Positions 25,561 to 51,762 of a stretch of 64,000 bases of DNA are shown piece after piece; within the stretch, counting starts at the first letter, position 1, and each line of letters begins with the position of its first letter. The DNA comes from Amoebidium appalachense. Its lineage: Eukaryota; Protista; Ichthyosporea. The notes beneath the pieces are model-generated. The model had not been told where the DNA came from. It saw nothing but the letters and a program-made list of their open reading frames with translations, and made no database searches. A program made the translations under genes and the position numbers. The DNA lies in the NCBI GenBank assembly GCA_963693365.1, contig CAVNZM010000013.1:3810722-3874721 (forward strand), written 5' to 3'.

Positions 25561-27809
25561 GGCCGGCGTTCGATTTCTAAAACACGTGCACGCCAAAGAG
25601 GCTGTCATCATGATAGAGTGGGCATGCCCCTCCCCCCTCCCCGCCCCCCCCCCCCCCCCTTCCTCCTCCACCTGTTTGTGGGACACCAGTTTCGAAAATT
25701 CCTCCCCTCCCCTCCCTCGGGTTCAAACCCCCGACGTAGCACCAATCAGCAACTGTAATATTAATACATACAAACATCGAACTTCAAGGGATACTTTTAG
25801 GGGCCAGGCCATAGTGTTAGGAGTTCGTCCGTTGTGCCCTACATCTGTCAGTCTGTGCAAAGTAGCTACTTAGTACACTGTGTGACCTATGGAGTTAGCT
25901 GAACCTAACGATGCTATGGCATGCTCCCCAATGATCACATGACATAGTGGAACCAACCATACACACGGCATGCTACTGACAAAAACCTCATATCTATAAT
26001 AATGAAGTGGCACCTCGCCCGGCAGTACATAAGACTACTACTTGAAACAGCCGTTGTTAGTACTTGGCGCTTTCAGCAATAACACATAAAATAAAATGAT
26101 TATCTATGTTCGGAAGAACTGGCACCAAGTTCTCAATACCAAGCAACTAGCAACGCGGTGGCACGAACAAACAAAGTGTGCCGACGCTACCGCAATGAAC
26201 AGGTGCTCTCATAATATACGCACGAACAGGGACACTGTGACACCGTGAGAAACCCACGTAGCCCGGTTTCCATGCGCATACACCTTCACGCACGCACATA
26301 CACCTGCATTGTTGCCTACCCATACCCCCATGTACCAGCACAGGACCACAACTTGAACACATTGTACCCGGCAGTCGCATAATACAGCTTGGACTATACC
26401 CGGTGACAAGAACTGAGCTACACCACAAGAAACTTCCATGCAAAAAGACGGGGATAATTACTTACAAACTCGAATTTAACCGAAAGGCAGGGAAAGCCTT
26501 CTCGGAAATAGGGGTGTGTGAGAAAAATCAGTAAGTCTCAAGCAGGTCACCGATATCTTGCACACGGTTTTTTTTTTTCTTTTTTTTTGGGGGGGAGGGG
26601 GGGGGTGGGGGGAGGAGCCTCGGGCGAGGGGGACTCAGAGGGGAAGGGGAGAGGGGGCAGGGGGGCAGGGGGGGGGGGGGGGGGGGTCGGGCAGTGTTCT
26701 GTGTGCATAATTCTAAGGTGCATCGGCAGTGGGCGCTCGCCACGCGCGCTGCGTGCGTCAAGTTATATATGACGTGTTTATGTGCTTCTCGTGGTTCTGT
26801 GGCCTGGCGCGTGTGCTCTATAATAGTACGTTTGTGTCTCGTTGGGTGGGGGGGTGGGTAGGCAAGTGAGTGGGTGTGGGTGTTTATGTTGCGTTCTTCA
26901 GTGCTTTTTTGTTCTGTCCGGAAGAAGCCTGTTGCAAAGCTCCCAAAACCCTTGCAAGGAACAGTCAAATATGCACCGGGAGGCCTGTGCAATTTGGGAG
27001 GAAAAAATAGGGGGGGGGGGGGGGGGGGGAGGGGACGTGCGTATTTTGTAGGTGGGTGAGGGCCGGGTTTGTTTTTGTAAATATGCTTGTGCATGTCCGT
27101 GTGTCTAAGTGCGTTAGTCCATCGGTCGGACAGATAAGTTTTTCGAGGAGGGGTGGGGGGGGGAGCTAGGGGAAATCCCGGTGGGGGGAGCTAGCCGTGT
27201 GTGGAGGAGGGGAGGGCCGGGTAGGGGGAGGGGGGGGGGGGGGGGGAGGCGTAAGTGGCTGGTTTTTTCTTATCTTTGTGTGTGCACGGTGTGCGTGTAT
27301 TTGTGTGTGCGCGCCAGTGGGTCCATCAGTCGGTAGTTCTGCAAAAGGCGACCAAGCATGGTGCTTCCTACAGAGGCCCTTTTCTCTAGCCGAATACCCT
27401 TCCCTCAGATGCCCCAACCCACCTACTCCTTTTCAGCTCACCCACTTCTGATCTATGCTTCTCTCTGTGTAATTCTCGTTTCTAAATACAGATGTAAACG
27501 CTGCAACCCTGTCACGTCAGAGTCTGCGGAAGTTGACTGCCACGACTGGAAACTGCAGCAATCCGCACATGAGATACAAGCACGTTACTGCAAGCGCGCA
27601 AATCCGTTATTAAGATCCGCTGGCGAGCAACTGTCGAACTTGAATTCGGCTCTGCCAGTTTCTTTGAGCCGTGATGTAAATAGTAAATATTTCTGAATTA
27701 TAGTATACACTCAATATACTTGTATGTCTTGCTATTAGGCTCTTTTTTGAGGATTTTGCGTGCAGTTATATGTATACCTAAGTTACCAGCTGATCATGAT
27801 CGAGTTGAT

Positions 27810-28600
27810 TCAACATTGTGGCGCCGTTTCGCCGGTTTCGGTTTCTTTTTGAAGTTGCAAAGGCAAACGACAGCCTGGCGGGAACCAATCAAAAGTCATA
27901 AATGTTTTGGCCAATCAGAACCTAGCTACTTCTGATTGGCTCATATCGAAAGTTGAGCGCCAACTTGGTGGAAAGAAAGGGACCTGATAATAATTCAATT
28001 GAAATGAGGTTCAAAGAGATGTGCAACAAAACAGTTACTCGGGGTGCAGGATTGGGTCAGCTGTTATAGTAAATACAATCACACAAAGGCACTGCCTTTG
28101 ATAATTTTCTTTGTTTGGAAAATTATTAATATTTTTATAGTTAATATGAATATATTTCCTTAAACTAGCTGTTTACTTATGTACTGCAATGCAAATGTGC
28201 ATCTTGTTGTCCTGAGGAAGCCGTTTGACTGAAAACTTGGAGAAACGAAAAAGCATTGCCCAGCCTCCTTAAAAGCTCTACGATTGGCTGACGGGCATTT
28301 TGGCGCGTCTGTGTTGCGAGAAGTACGTTCTCTGCCAATAGCGCTATTTTCACCACATACAAAAGTCTTTTATTCAGCATAATTTGAATATATGCATTAG
28401 TAGACATCAAATGTACCACGTATACTATACGGCGCCATCTTTATTCAAGCGCATAAAGTCTCCCATGCGGGGGGTCACACGTTTCTTTTCCGGGTCACTG
28501 TTTCACCGGGCCAGGTCTTTGAAGCCACATTCCATCCTGGGCGAAAGCCAATCGGTTCGCTCCAGTTTTGTTGACAGTTGCCCGGGCCAGTATATAAAGC
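27810..28600 (+). promoter_or_regulatory. Cyclin promoter: E2F-like sites, multiple CCAAT boxes, TATA box
   Basis: GGCGGGAA at 27877-27884, TTTTGGCGCG at 28298-28307, CCAAT/ATTGG at about 27885, 27911, 27935, 28283, 28335 and 28548, TATATAAA at 28591 (116 bp before the ATG). Confidence 0.5.
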
Positions 28601-28706
28601 CGAAACACGCAAACATGCACACACACACCCTCAGAAAAGGCGAAGGGGTCAGTTGCGTGTGTTCCAGCGTAGGTAGTATATAGATGTAATAAGACACGCA
28701 CGCAAC

Positions 28707-29896
28707 ATGGCTAGCGTCCTGAGAGCTCCCTGCCGGCTCGCCCCTCGACCCCAACCGCACGACGTAAGTGCATGTGGCTCTGTTTTACCTAGCTGTTGTG
28801 CCTTGATCTAAATCATCACCACGTGTTGTGTTGTGGACTGAGTGAGCTCGAAGAGGTTGGGTTGCTCAGGTAATGCTTTTGCATTCCAAAAGGTTTTTTT
28901 CATTTCAAACTTCTGCTTGTGTATTGAATAACGCTTTTTCTTACGTAGGATTACGTAGTAAAACACCTGCCTGCTGCCCGCCTACCAAATCCCTCTCCCT
29001 CTCTCTCTCTGCCCACTTTCTAATCAGCACCCCTCTCTTTCCACCTTCCCCTTGCCTTTTACAGCGCGTGCTGCGTGAAGCCAACCACAGCCTCGCCCTC
29101 GACCACTCGGCCGAGAAGCAGCGGCCCAAGAAGCGCAGAAAGACACGCCCTCGCCGTACTAGCGACATCGAAAACCAGAGCCCAGGTGAAAACGCGTCAT
29201 GGTCTTCCTCTTCCTCCTTCGTCACCCCCGACCTGGCGCCCCACCACACAGTGTATGCCTGTGCAATGACTCCCCCACCAGAGCCGCAACTGCTGACACC
29301 GCCACGGGACGCGCAAGCAAACGGTGCTGACTTTGGCGTGGTAGGTTTTTTTTTTGTGGGTGGGTGGGTGTGTGACTGGGTGAGCCTGCCTGTGTTAGTC
29401 TGCAATCGTGCATGTGCGCTTTGTGCTGCACGTTATGCCTGGATAGATCGGATGGTAGGGGATTCAGCTAAGAAGAAAGAAAAAAATAATAAGAAAGCTA
29501 ACCCGTGCGTCTCCACAGCACATCGAGGAGTGGGAGTGGAGGCACGAGCAGGAGGCCACATACCGTGTGCAGCCCTGCCTTGTGCTTCTACAGCACAGAG
29601 AACTCTCTGCACGTATGCGCAGTGTGCTTCTAGACTGGCTGGGCCAGGTGTGCTGCGAACACTACTTGCAGGCCGAGACATACCTGCTTGCAGCCTCCTA
29701 TGTCGACCGCTACCTTGCCGCTCGCCCAAACATCCGCAGAGATCGGCTGCAGCTCGTAGGGGTGACTGCGCTGTATGTGGCTGCAAAACTGCAAGAGGTA
29801 CATGCGCCCGACATAGACGAGCTCGCTGAGCTGACGGCTGGCGCCTGCACCGTGGAGCAGATGAGGCAGGAGGAGGTGCTAATGCTCGAGGTGGGT

Positions 29897-29958
<62 letters not shown>

Positions 29959-30130
29959 CGCTCCCTCCACTCCCTCCCCTCCCCATGCTGTTCACTTATT
30001 CATTGCCCCTCCGTTTATACCTCCCCACTCAAGCCATTTTTCTTCACCAGACTCACCTTAACCTTGTTTGATCATCGTTACCTCGTATAGTTCGGTGCTG
30101 GTTTCTTTACTCCACCTACACGTGCTAACC

Positions 30131-30163
<33 letters not shown>

Positions 30164-30821
30164 AGGCTCTGCGCTGGCACCTGAAGTCACCCACCACGTG
30201 CTCGTGGATGACTGCCTGCCTGCAGCAAATGCAACCGGCAACCGGGCCGGGCCAAGCCGCTGACCCGGACCGATTCGATCTTCCGCCCTACCTGCAAGTA
30301 GTCCACCGGCGCTGCCAAGTTCTGCTCACAGCCGCCACCCTCCATCTAGACAGCAACAGCCACGCACCATCTGCCCTTGCATGTGCGGCGCTGCGTCTGA
30401 TGGGTGTGAAGGATGCACCCGCGCAGAAGATGCTTGGGGTTGAGGCCGACCAGGCCATGCTGTGGCTCACGCCTCTGCACCACCTGCTGCTGGCAGCACC
30501 CGGCGCCTACAATATTGCTAATGTAGGTATCCCGTGAGTGTGCGAGTGCTCGTTCGTGAATGTGGTTCTGTGAAGTATTTTTGGTTTTTTTTTTTTTTTT
30601 GTTCACACCTTGTCATAAAATCAGCCATCTGTGCCTTTTTATTCAACCCCTTTTCCTCCATTGTCCACCGAATTCATTTGAAATGTTACGTTGCTGACTT
30701 TTCTTTCTTTTTTTTTTGCCTGCAGACTGTTCCTGTTGATGGGATGCGCAGTCTCCTTCGGCACATTCACGTGGACGGCGCACTCAACATGGTTTTGGAG
30801 GCATATGCGCCCCGTGAATAG
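28707..30821 (+). CDS. Cyclin, cyclin E-like; 5 exons, ~385 aa
   Basis: Exons 28707-28763, 29065-29340, 29519-29890, 30166-30522 and 30726-30821 are all phase 0. The cyclin box MRSVLLDWLGQVC..ETY..DRYL..LQLVGVTALYVAAKLQE..TAGAC..E..MLEALRWHL..SW resembles cyclin E. Basic NLS RPKKRRK. Confidence 0.88.
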
Positions 30822-30829
30822 TTCTGTTT

Positions 30830-30965
30830 GGTACTGTGTGCAACTGGTACTGTTTGCACTGTGCAGGCGGCTAGAACTAAGCGCAGTTGGTACTGTGTGC
30901 ACATTGTATGTGCCTACGGTTAGTACTGTGTGCATCGGGTACTGTGTGCACATTGTATGTGCATA
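30830..30965. repeat. Degenerate tandem repeat (gtactgtgtgcacattgtatg) in the cyclin 3' region
   Basis: Several copies of gtactgtgtgca seen directly. Confidence 0.6.
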
Positions 30966-32003
30966 TGGCTGGTGCTGTGTGTAAATGGTGCTTCTTGCAT
31001 ATCGTATTATGGTATAGTTAACATTGTAGACCACGAATGTTCTTCCATCTTCCGTAAGTAATGTTTTGTGCTAGTGCTTAACTTTTTATCGTTTGAACAT
31101 AAGTATATAGATATAAGATGCTACATTTTCAGTAGCATGGCCGCTAACATAGCAAAAATTTTGCGACCACCTTTTGTGGATCGATGATTCTAGAATGTTG
31201 AGCAGTAAGGGAACTGTATGTATGTAGCTGAGACACGCACGTGTTTTCAATCGAATGTTTGAAGTTTGGATGATGTTTCTGCCCTCCCGCAGGCATTAAC
31301 AAAGTGTAACGAGCCTCTAGTCTGAAGTATTGAAACCAATAGAATCCAAAATAACATTGCGCACGTGACCACCTACCGACTAGTAACCTATGGTCTTTGA
31401 CACAACCTGAGTCAACCCCCCCCCCCCCACCCACCCACTCCATAACCTGCTGAATACTCTATGCATTGTTTTGGCCTTTGTGAACACGTATACTTTGCAC
31501 CCTGCACCGATTTATGCATCCCTCCTTACACCCCCAAACCCCGAGGCTTCACAAACGTGTGCACGAGTACGCGCACGTTACATGTGCGCATGCGCAGTCA
31601 CATGCACTGTTTGGCAGCATAGCCCCGGGCCCTGGTGTACCATGATTATCACAGCTGCCATCCGAGTGCCCGCCCACCTCAACCACATGTGCGGGCCACC
31701 ATTACCTACCCCCCCCTCCTCCCCCCCCCCCCCCCCCCCCCCCCCTCCCTCTCCCTCCCTCCCCCCCGGATCCTCTTCCCCGGACGCGGCGCGGCCAAAG
31801 TTTAATTCGAATTCCCTTTGATTTTTCCGCATATCTCCCCCCCTCCCCCCCCCTCCCCCCCCCTCCCCCCCCCCCCCCCCCTCCGGCCTCCCCTCTCCCC
31901 TCCCCCCCCCCCCCTCCCCCCCCTCCTCTCTCCCCCCTCCTCCCCGGCCCTCTCTAGATCTATGCACACGTGTGCGCACGTGTACACATGTGCACGTGCG
32001 CGT

Positions 32004-32054
<51 letters not shown>

Positions 32055-33698
32055 TGTGTACACACAATTTTTGAAACTTTGAAGTGAACCAAAATGCTGG
32101 AAACCAACCTCCCCCCCCCCCCCCAAAAAAAACCCCCACCACCACCACCACCACCACCAAAAAAAAAAAAAAACATATGGCAATGGCTGTGGTGCTAGCT
32201 GCACCTTTCCCTCCCCCCGGGGGCCCCAGCGCACATATGCATGTTTTTGTTTTTCCGGGAGGCCCTCCGGGAGGGGCATGAAGCCATTTATATTCAGCAC
32301 CGTCACCATTGGGTCGAGACAGACCGGTACCAAATTGAATCCGGTGTGACCTACGTGCACGTGGATCATCAAAATGAATGATAGTATACAGAAAAATTTC
32401 CCTCCAAAACACACCTTTAGTTCACAAGACCATTGCCACATTGTATGTAGTACAACACATAATGTTAGGCAGCAACCCACCACCACCACCACTCCCCATC
32501 GTCCACCCCTACCCACCGTAAACACAACACACAACACTTAGGACATTCCACGACTGTAGATCGACCAATGAGAGCTCGCGGTTGACGTTTTTTATTATTA
32601 CTATAGGTTTTGAGTGGAGGCGCCAAGACTGGAGCCTCCTGCCGGCGTGGCTGAGGTAGTAGCCCTGGGCAAAGTGTGTACTTAAAGTTAGGTACGTTGT
32701 GAAGGATGGCTTAGACTAGCTGAACTCATACAAACACCCTAAACTAGCTGTTGGTGCTGTGTCGTAGACTGGTAGTAATTAGAGGGCCCGCAAAGGCTCT
32801 CCGGGCCACAAAACGTGATAAATAAAAAACTTTCTAAAACATAATCAGCTGTGCCCCCGAAGTCAGGCAAACGGGCGTTCTAGCTTGGTGTGCTGGCCCA
32901 CAGGCATTACGGAGTAGTTGAGTCGGGAAAACAGGAGTGTACAGGTGCCACTGGTACAGGCACAACTTGTGGCACATAATACACTAAAGAACACACAGGC
33001 CCATGCACTACCTACATATCTTACAAACAAATAAATCACGCCATAAGCGTGCGCGCATGCGGCTACATGCCAGGTCACGCACGTGCGTCCTCGTTACGCG
33101 CATGTACCGTACACCTGTGCACGTCGCACGTCTATCTTTGATGCACACACATGCCAACAGATGGCCATGGAGGCATGTTCGTATGCCCCGGCCCACTATG
33201 TATACAGTGATCATGCACATCCATACGCAACTGCACATGCTTGCACATCATGAAGCCACATGCACATGCACATCGCATACACACGCACATGCACACTGCA
33301 TTGAGTTGAACATGCACATGCATATAGAATGCATCTGCACAATTGCATGCGCAAATGCACACGAACGTTACTATGACCATGTGCACACACACGCATCTCG
33401 AGGCATCTCCAGGGCCTGGAATGCGCCGTTTCGCGGGCCTCCCCCCCTCCCCTCTCCCCCCAACACCCAACACCCAACCCGGTGACCACTGAAAAAAAAA
33501 AAAAAAAAAAAAGGAAAGGAAACCGGGCACCCGGAACACAGTGTGCATACCAATAGGCTGCCGACCTAATTCATGACGTCATATAATCTACAAAGAAGAA
33601 ACCATGGTCTACAATGTCAACAGTCTACAGTGATATACTAGCCCCTTTTGATTGGCTTCACTCTAACGGTCACACTCCTTCGTGTACTATCACTGGAG

Positions 33699-33731
33699 CA
33701 CGGCCATCTAGAAACACCCTAGATGGCCGTG
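33699..33731. mobile_element. 33-bp TIR-only mini element with a perfect 8-bp TSD (hAT-like)
   Basis: CACTGGAG | CACGGCCATCTAG aaacacc CTAGATGGCCGTG | CACTGGAG. Confidence 0.6.
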
Positions 33732-33877
33732 CACTGGAGCGAATATCCGGATTGGCGGATATCCCGACACTCTTGATTATCCCGATCAATAAAGGATCGG
33801 ACAGACCGCTGTGTCGGTCAGGCTGAGATAGAGACAGTCTGAGATCGAGACAGTCTGAGATAGACAGTCGAAGATTC

Positions 33878-33915
33878 CAAGGCCTCCTAAATAGTGTGCT
33901 ATTTAGGAGGCCTTG
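33878..33915. mobile_element. 38-bp TIR-only mini element with a 7/8-matching 8-bp TSD (hAT-like)
   Basis: GAAGATTC | CAAGGCCTCCTAAATAG tgtg CTATTTAGGAGGCCTTG | GAATATTC. Confidence 0.6.
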
Positions 33916-34105
33916 GAATATTCACTTCACGGTGTCGCACAGTTAGCAAATTCGGAAACGAAGAGGCTGTGAAACGAGGCTCACGTTTTTTTGGGTGTTC
34001 AATTGCAAGGCTGAGCTAAGTTACAGTTACGAAGCAATTGTTGACCCTTGTGCCCAGAAAATTAGGTATACACTAGCACTATGAGGTAGAAAGGTGGCCA
34101 GCGCC

Positions 34106-46025
<11,920 letters not shown>

Positions 46026-46161
46026 GCGCTTTCACGTGATGCCCCCAACTGGTCTGAGGAGGTGATTTGAAAAGAAAAAGAAAGAGAGGGGAGCGAGCAT
46101 GTGTGACACGTGTGCCCGCTTGTGTTTATTCAGGGGGTGTTAGGCAGCCCCCGGGCAAGCA

Positions 46162-46196
<35 letters not shown>

Positions 46197-48206
46197 TCGA
46201 TGAGCGAATGAAAACTTTGAACCTGTGGATAGATATGGTTGATTGTTTTTGATGTTACGAATGCTTGTTGGGCAGGAAACAGGGCTAAACTTCTCGGTTT
46301 GAAGTAGATCATGGTTGTGTGTTAGTGTTTTATGTGATTTGAACATGTTGGTGCGTACCTGCGCGTGTCTGTTTGATTTTGTGTGGTTATGTAACCTTTT
46401 GTTTTTTGTTTTGTTTCTTTCCTTTTGTAGAGGGGCTGGAGGGGCAATGGAGTAATAGTAACACCTGATGTCACCTAAATTAACCCTTTGTACATTTTGT
46501 TCGAGCCTTAACCGAGCAATGAACTGATGATAGTGATAGGGCCTTCTGATAATGATAGGGCCTTTAGCTAACAGATATGGAAATGCAAGGTGATGGCCTG
46601 GTGCCACCCATGGTTGGACCCTGTATGCATTGTTAGCCAGTGGCTAGCATGCAAGGGCAGAAATAGTTTTTCGCTGCATACGGTCTATAGTTCCATTTTC
46701 TAGATGGCTCTGTATGGAAGACATATATGGCAGCGTATTCAAGAATGCCCGAGTTCGTAGGCATGGCCGGCGTACTGGCATTGGCATGTTTGCATGCCAA
46801 CCATCATGAATGTGCGCAACCAGTACGTGTGTAATTGCGCAATCATTGTGTATGTGTACGCGTTAATACGTGTTTGTGTGCGGGTATGTGTGTGTGTGTA
46901 TTGTATGTGGCATGCTCAAGGAGTGCGTTGACGGCCAACCCGTACGTGCACGTGGCAGTGTGGCTTGTTCGTGTGCGTGTTCGTGCGTGTGCGCATGCTG
47001 CATATATACATGTACACGTGCGCTGCACCTGTTCCTTGCGCATGCATGGCAACTTGCTCGATCGGGTGTACGTACAAGTGTATGTAAAGGTTACGCATAT
47101 CACAGTCTGCAGTGTACACATGTGGGGCCATCATCTAGTCATATAATCCCCAGTTTCTTCTTAACCACGTGCACTTTGTTGAACCGAAAACACGTGTTAC
47201 CTAGTTCAAAGCACAAACTTGCTGGCGCTGGCAGGCGCTCGCTGAGCTGCCAGCCAGCCTGCCTGCTGTCGCACCTGCCTGCATGCGATTGGTCTGCTGA
47301 CGAAAAAGCAGTGGATTTCTGATTGGATGAATATGAATCCCAAATTCCTGCGCTCTTGCTGGCTTCCTCTGAAATATGGTGATGGGTGGGAACAAGGCCT
47401 TCTATTTTCAGGATTTTAGATATATATATACCTTATGAGATATACATAAGGCAGAACATGTTGAAAAAAGCTATGTCATATAGTGTTATCTTTCTCGAAA
47501 CCCTTTGCACCCACTACATACATTTGATTGGTTCAACCCCAGTGTGTATTATACAATGATATTTGACGAATCAAAAGCCAGATTATCTTGAACAGCCAAG
47601 GCCAAGTCGGTTTTGGCAAAATAGTTTACATTTTTGTTATACAAGATGCTTAATTTATTCGTGTTCAAATTTTTTTAATAATATATAAGCTCATAATTAA
47701 AGTTAAATCTGTGGCTTTTAATATTGATATCTACGCTCCCACGTCTGTTATACATCCAGCAAGAATAACTTTTTGAACCAATGATCAAACGCATTCATTT
47801 GAGATCTGTAGGCACCCATCAGCCAATCAGCACTGAGCGGCACGTAACGGACGTCGGGCAAGGTGGCTCACGAGATCTGTTGCATGGCTCTGTTCGACTT
47901 TAACACTGTGGCAACTGTGTGTGGGTGGGGACAGGGTGTATGCATATGAGGTGAAATATTTTTTTGGTTGCCTACGTGTTCACACCTTTGTCAAGTGTAA
48001 AATCAGTTAGAAAACATAGGTGATATGCATTAACAGGGGATTGAGTTGTAGAGATTATGTTTATAGAAGCTAGCTTACGCACAAAAGTGTTGGGCTTGTG
48101 CAACCACCCAGACGGGTTCTGCTTAGCACTGCCTGTCTGTGAACAGAAGATTTCTGTTTTTCGTGTTCATTGGTGAAACGGCTGTTTTTGAGACTCGCCG
48201 CTGAGA

Positions 48207-49093
48207 ATGGCGCAAAACGAACAGAACAGCAACCCCAACAACCCTGAGTGTAAGTGCAGTGCTTTAGTGTATGTGTTTGGGTCTGAGACGCGCGCTCCCG
48301 TTGCCGATTTTTTTGGTTTGTTTGTTTGTCTTTGTTTATTCAAAGCCGAATCAAGTTCCAGTTGAACTCGTATTGTTCTCTCACGAGAAGTTGCCTCCCT
48401 GCTTGTTTTTGTGTGGCCACTGTAAAGAAAACACAAAGTGGTAGATTGGGTACCGTTATAGCTTCAAGATATGTAACCACGTCGAGTGTTGGTGCAAATA
48501 TACCGGATGTTCGCACACCAGTTGCAATTTGCTCCTGCCAAATATTGGGACGTGAACAACTCTGTGTTGCCTGTGTCCACCTATGTTCTTGGCAGTATTG
48601 ACCCGCAACGTTTTAGTTCTTTTCAAATACTATGTCAACGACTTTATCTAACTCCCTCGGATATCAGAAATACAAAAAAAAAAATATTCAAATCATGAAC
48701 CCCTTGCAACTTTTCTGAGAATGTTGTGTTGTCCGAATTATACGAAATTGAACCGCTGTCTGTCCCACATGCTCCCTGATTTAATGCTGCTACTTTCGTT
48801 TGAAACAGTATAAAAAGCCAAACCAAACAGAAAGAAATAGTAACTCAAAAAAGAAACAGTGCGTTTATTGTGGCCGTACTGGTTTGCCGAGCTCACCATG
48901 ATTCCTTGTTCCTCTGGTATCGTGTATGATTAAAAAACTAGGAAAAGGTCTAAAAAAAACCTTATTTTTTCTAAAGAATAACCTTATTTTCCTTATTTTT
49001 TAGGGTCTGCAATTGCTTCCAACATTGCTTCTTTGCCTACAACCGGTGGCAATCCCACGCGACTCCTTACGCGGTAATCCTCCCCCCCCCCTA

Positions 49094-49124
<31 letters not shown>

Positions 49125-49185
49125 TCCACACACTCGCAGACACACACACACACAAGCGTGTGTGTGTGCGAGCGTGTGTGTGTGC

Positions 49186-49274
<89 letters not shown>

Positions 49275-49763
49275 GCACGCACGCACGCATACACGCACAT
49301 GCACACGCACACGCACACGCACACGCACACGCACACGCACACGCACATGCACACACACGCACACACATTAAACATACTCACCCACTTACACGCACACATA
49401 CACACACGAACCATCCCCACGTTCATGCACGCATGAGCCCCCCACCAAATCCCACGTGTCTTAAAGACCAATAATCTGCTTTGAGAATCGACTCCCAGGA
49501 GAAAAACCAGATCCCGTTTACGTTTTCTGTTACCCTGTGTTTACACGACATTTTGCTCCATGTGTGCACGTGCATCCCTCATAGCTCATCCCGGCTACAC
49601 ATAAGCCCTAAGAGTGCAAGTGTGCGTGTGTGTGCTTTTCCTTGCGCATAATGTGCGCGATCATGAATTTGAATGCTTGTGTCTGTGCGGACCCGCCCGT
49701 TCTGCAGAGAATGTGTGCTTATTTGATCGTGTGAGTGTGCATGCACATGCCAGTGCAACCAGA

Positions 49764-49797
<34 letters not shown>

Positions 49798-50115
49798 CAC
49801 GTGCACGCTCAGGGGCCGTGCGTGTGTGCATATGCTGGAACATTGGTGGGTGGGTGGGTGGGCGTCTGTGTGTGCGGGGTGGGGTGCTTGCACAACACCT
49901 CATGCCATCACGAGCAAGTAAAAAGTGCAAAGTCTTAACCTATTGTAGGCTAAGGCACCCCGTTCTAAGTGTATCCCGCCTTAACCCCCTTCGAGCCCAC
50001 CTCCCCCATCAACCCCTAAACACAAACGCTTGTGTGCAGCACGCGCACACACGCACATGCACGGACACACAGACAGACACACACACACATGTACACACAG
50101 ACACACACACACACA

Positions 50116-50157
<42 letters not shown>

Positions 50158-50410
50158 GGTATGTAAACGACCTGAATTTGCCCTACCAAATCCAGTTTGT
50201 CTTTGTCATTTCCTTGATTTCAGAGTTGTGTTTGATTGTTGTCTGCACAATCCGTTACCCTCTTTCTTGAATAATCCCATTTTTATGGACGTGTGCTTGT
50301 CTGTCCGTCTCCATTGCTCCCTATCTCCTCCTGTCTTGATTTCTTGCTTAATCCCCCCTCCCCCCCCTCCCCCCCCCTCCCCCCCCCCCTTTTTACCCCG
50401 GGTCATTTGT

Positions 50411-50442
<32 letters not shown>

Positions 50443-50453
50443 ATCTGCATGTG

Positions 50454-50550
<97 letters not shown>

Positions 50551-50812
50551 CGGTTGGGAGGAGGAGGAGGAGGGCACTGAGGAACAGGGAGGGAGGGGGG
50601 GGGGGGGACTAGTAAAGCTTTGGCAGAAAGAAAAGAATTTTCGAGGGGGGGGGGGGGGTTTATATGCTCATGATGGACTCTGAGAGACGTGTGTGGGTGT
50701 GCCTGTGTGTGTTTGGGGAAGGGGGGGGGGAGGGGGGGGGGGGGGAGGGGGGATGGCATTGAATTCATGTACATCCGTGTGTTGGGACAGATCAAGTGGT
50801 GGTGGTGGCGAA

Positions 50813-50849
<37 letters not shown>

Positions 50850-51340
50850 GGGGGGGAGGGGAGAGAGAGAGAGAGAGAGAGAACGGTGTGGGGAAACGGT
50901 GGTGGTGGTGGTGGGGGGGGGGGGGGGGGGGGGTTGTAGGTCTATTAAGAGCTGACCAATGAGTGTGTGAGGCTATATATAGCTAACCTATGAGTGTGTA
51001 AGGCTATATATAGCTGACCAATGAGTGTGTAAGGCTATATATAGCTGACCAATGAGTGTGTAAGGCTATATATAGCTGACCAATGCAATGATTTGCTGCA
51101 GGCTGCACTATGCTGCATGGACGGGGGACCTAGCCAAGTTGGAGGCGGAGGTGAAGGAGTATGCGGCCCAGGGGCTAAGCAAGTGGACAAATCCGGTCAG
51201 ACTTAGGGATGATGGGGGGTGGACACCCCTGCATTATGCTGCTGCTAACGGACACCTGCATTGTCTCAAGGTGTGTGTGCGTGTGTTGAAGGGTTGGGGG
51301 GGGAGGAGTGTTGGTTAAGGAAAGGGTGTTGGGGGGGGAA

Positions 51341-51373
<33 letters not shown>

Positions 51374-51633
51374 AGGATGGGGTGAGGAAGAGGAGGGTGG
51401 GTGGTTTTTTTTTTTTGGAGGGGGGGGGGGGGGGAGGGATGGAGAGGGTGGGTGAGTGTGGGTGTTGTGTGGGGGATGGGGAGGGAAGGTGGGTGTGGGT
51501 GTTGTCTGTGTGTGTGTGTGTGTGTGTGTGTGCATGTGATTGCGCGCACGCGTGTGTGTGTGTCCATTTTTCAAATGATATATCATATGGTATTGATGTA
51601 TGTATGTACCATATGATATGCCAGTGTACGTAT

Positions 51634-51695
<62 letters not shown>

Positions 51696-51725
51696 TCACT
51701 CACACTCACAGACACACACACACAC

Positions 51726-51762
<37 letters not shown>

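Noticed and set aside
31578-33080. Possible small gene between the cyclin and ELM2-SANT genes
   Set aside because: Only short non-repetitive stretches; no consistent exon chain or domain could be built
48415-48876. Possible MITE with GGCCAC..TAAA termini in ASB intron 1
   Set aside because: The inverted match is only 10/12 and there is no target-site duplication
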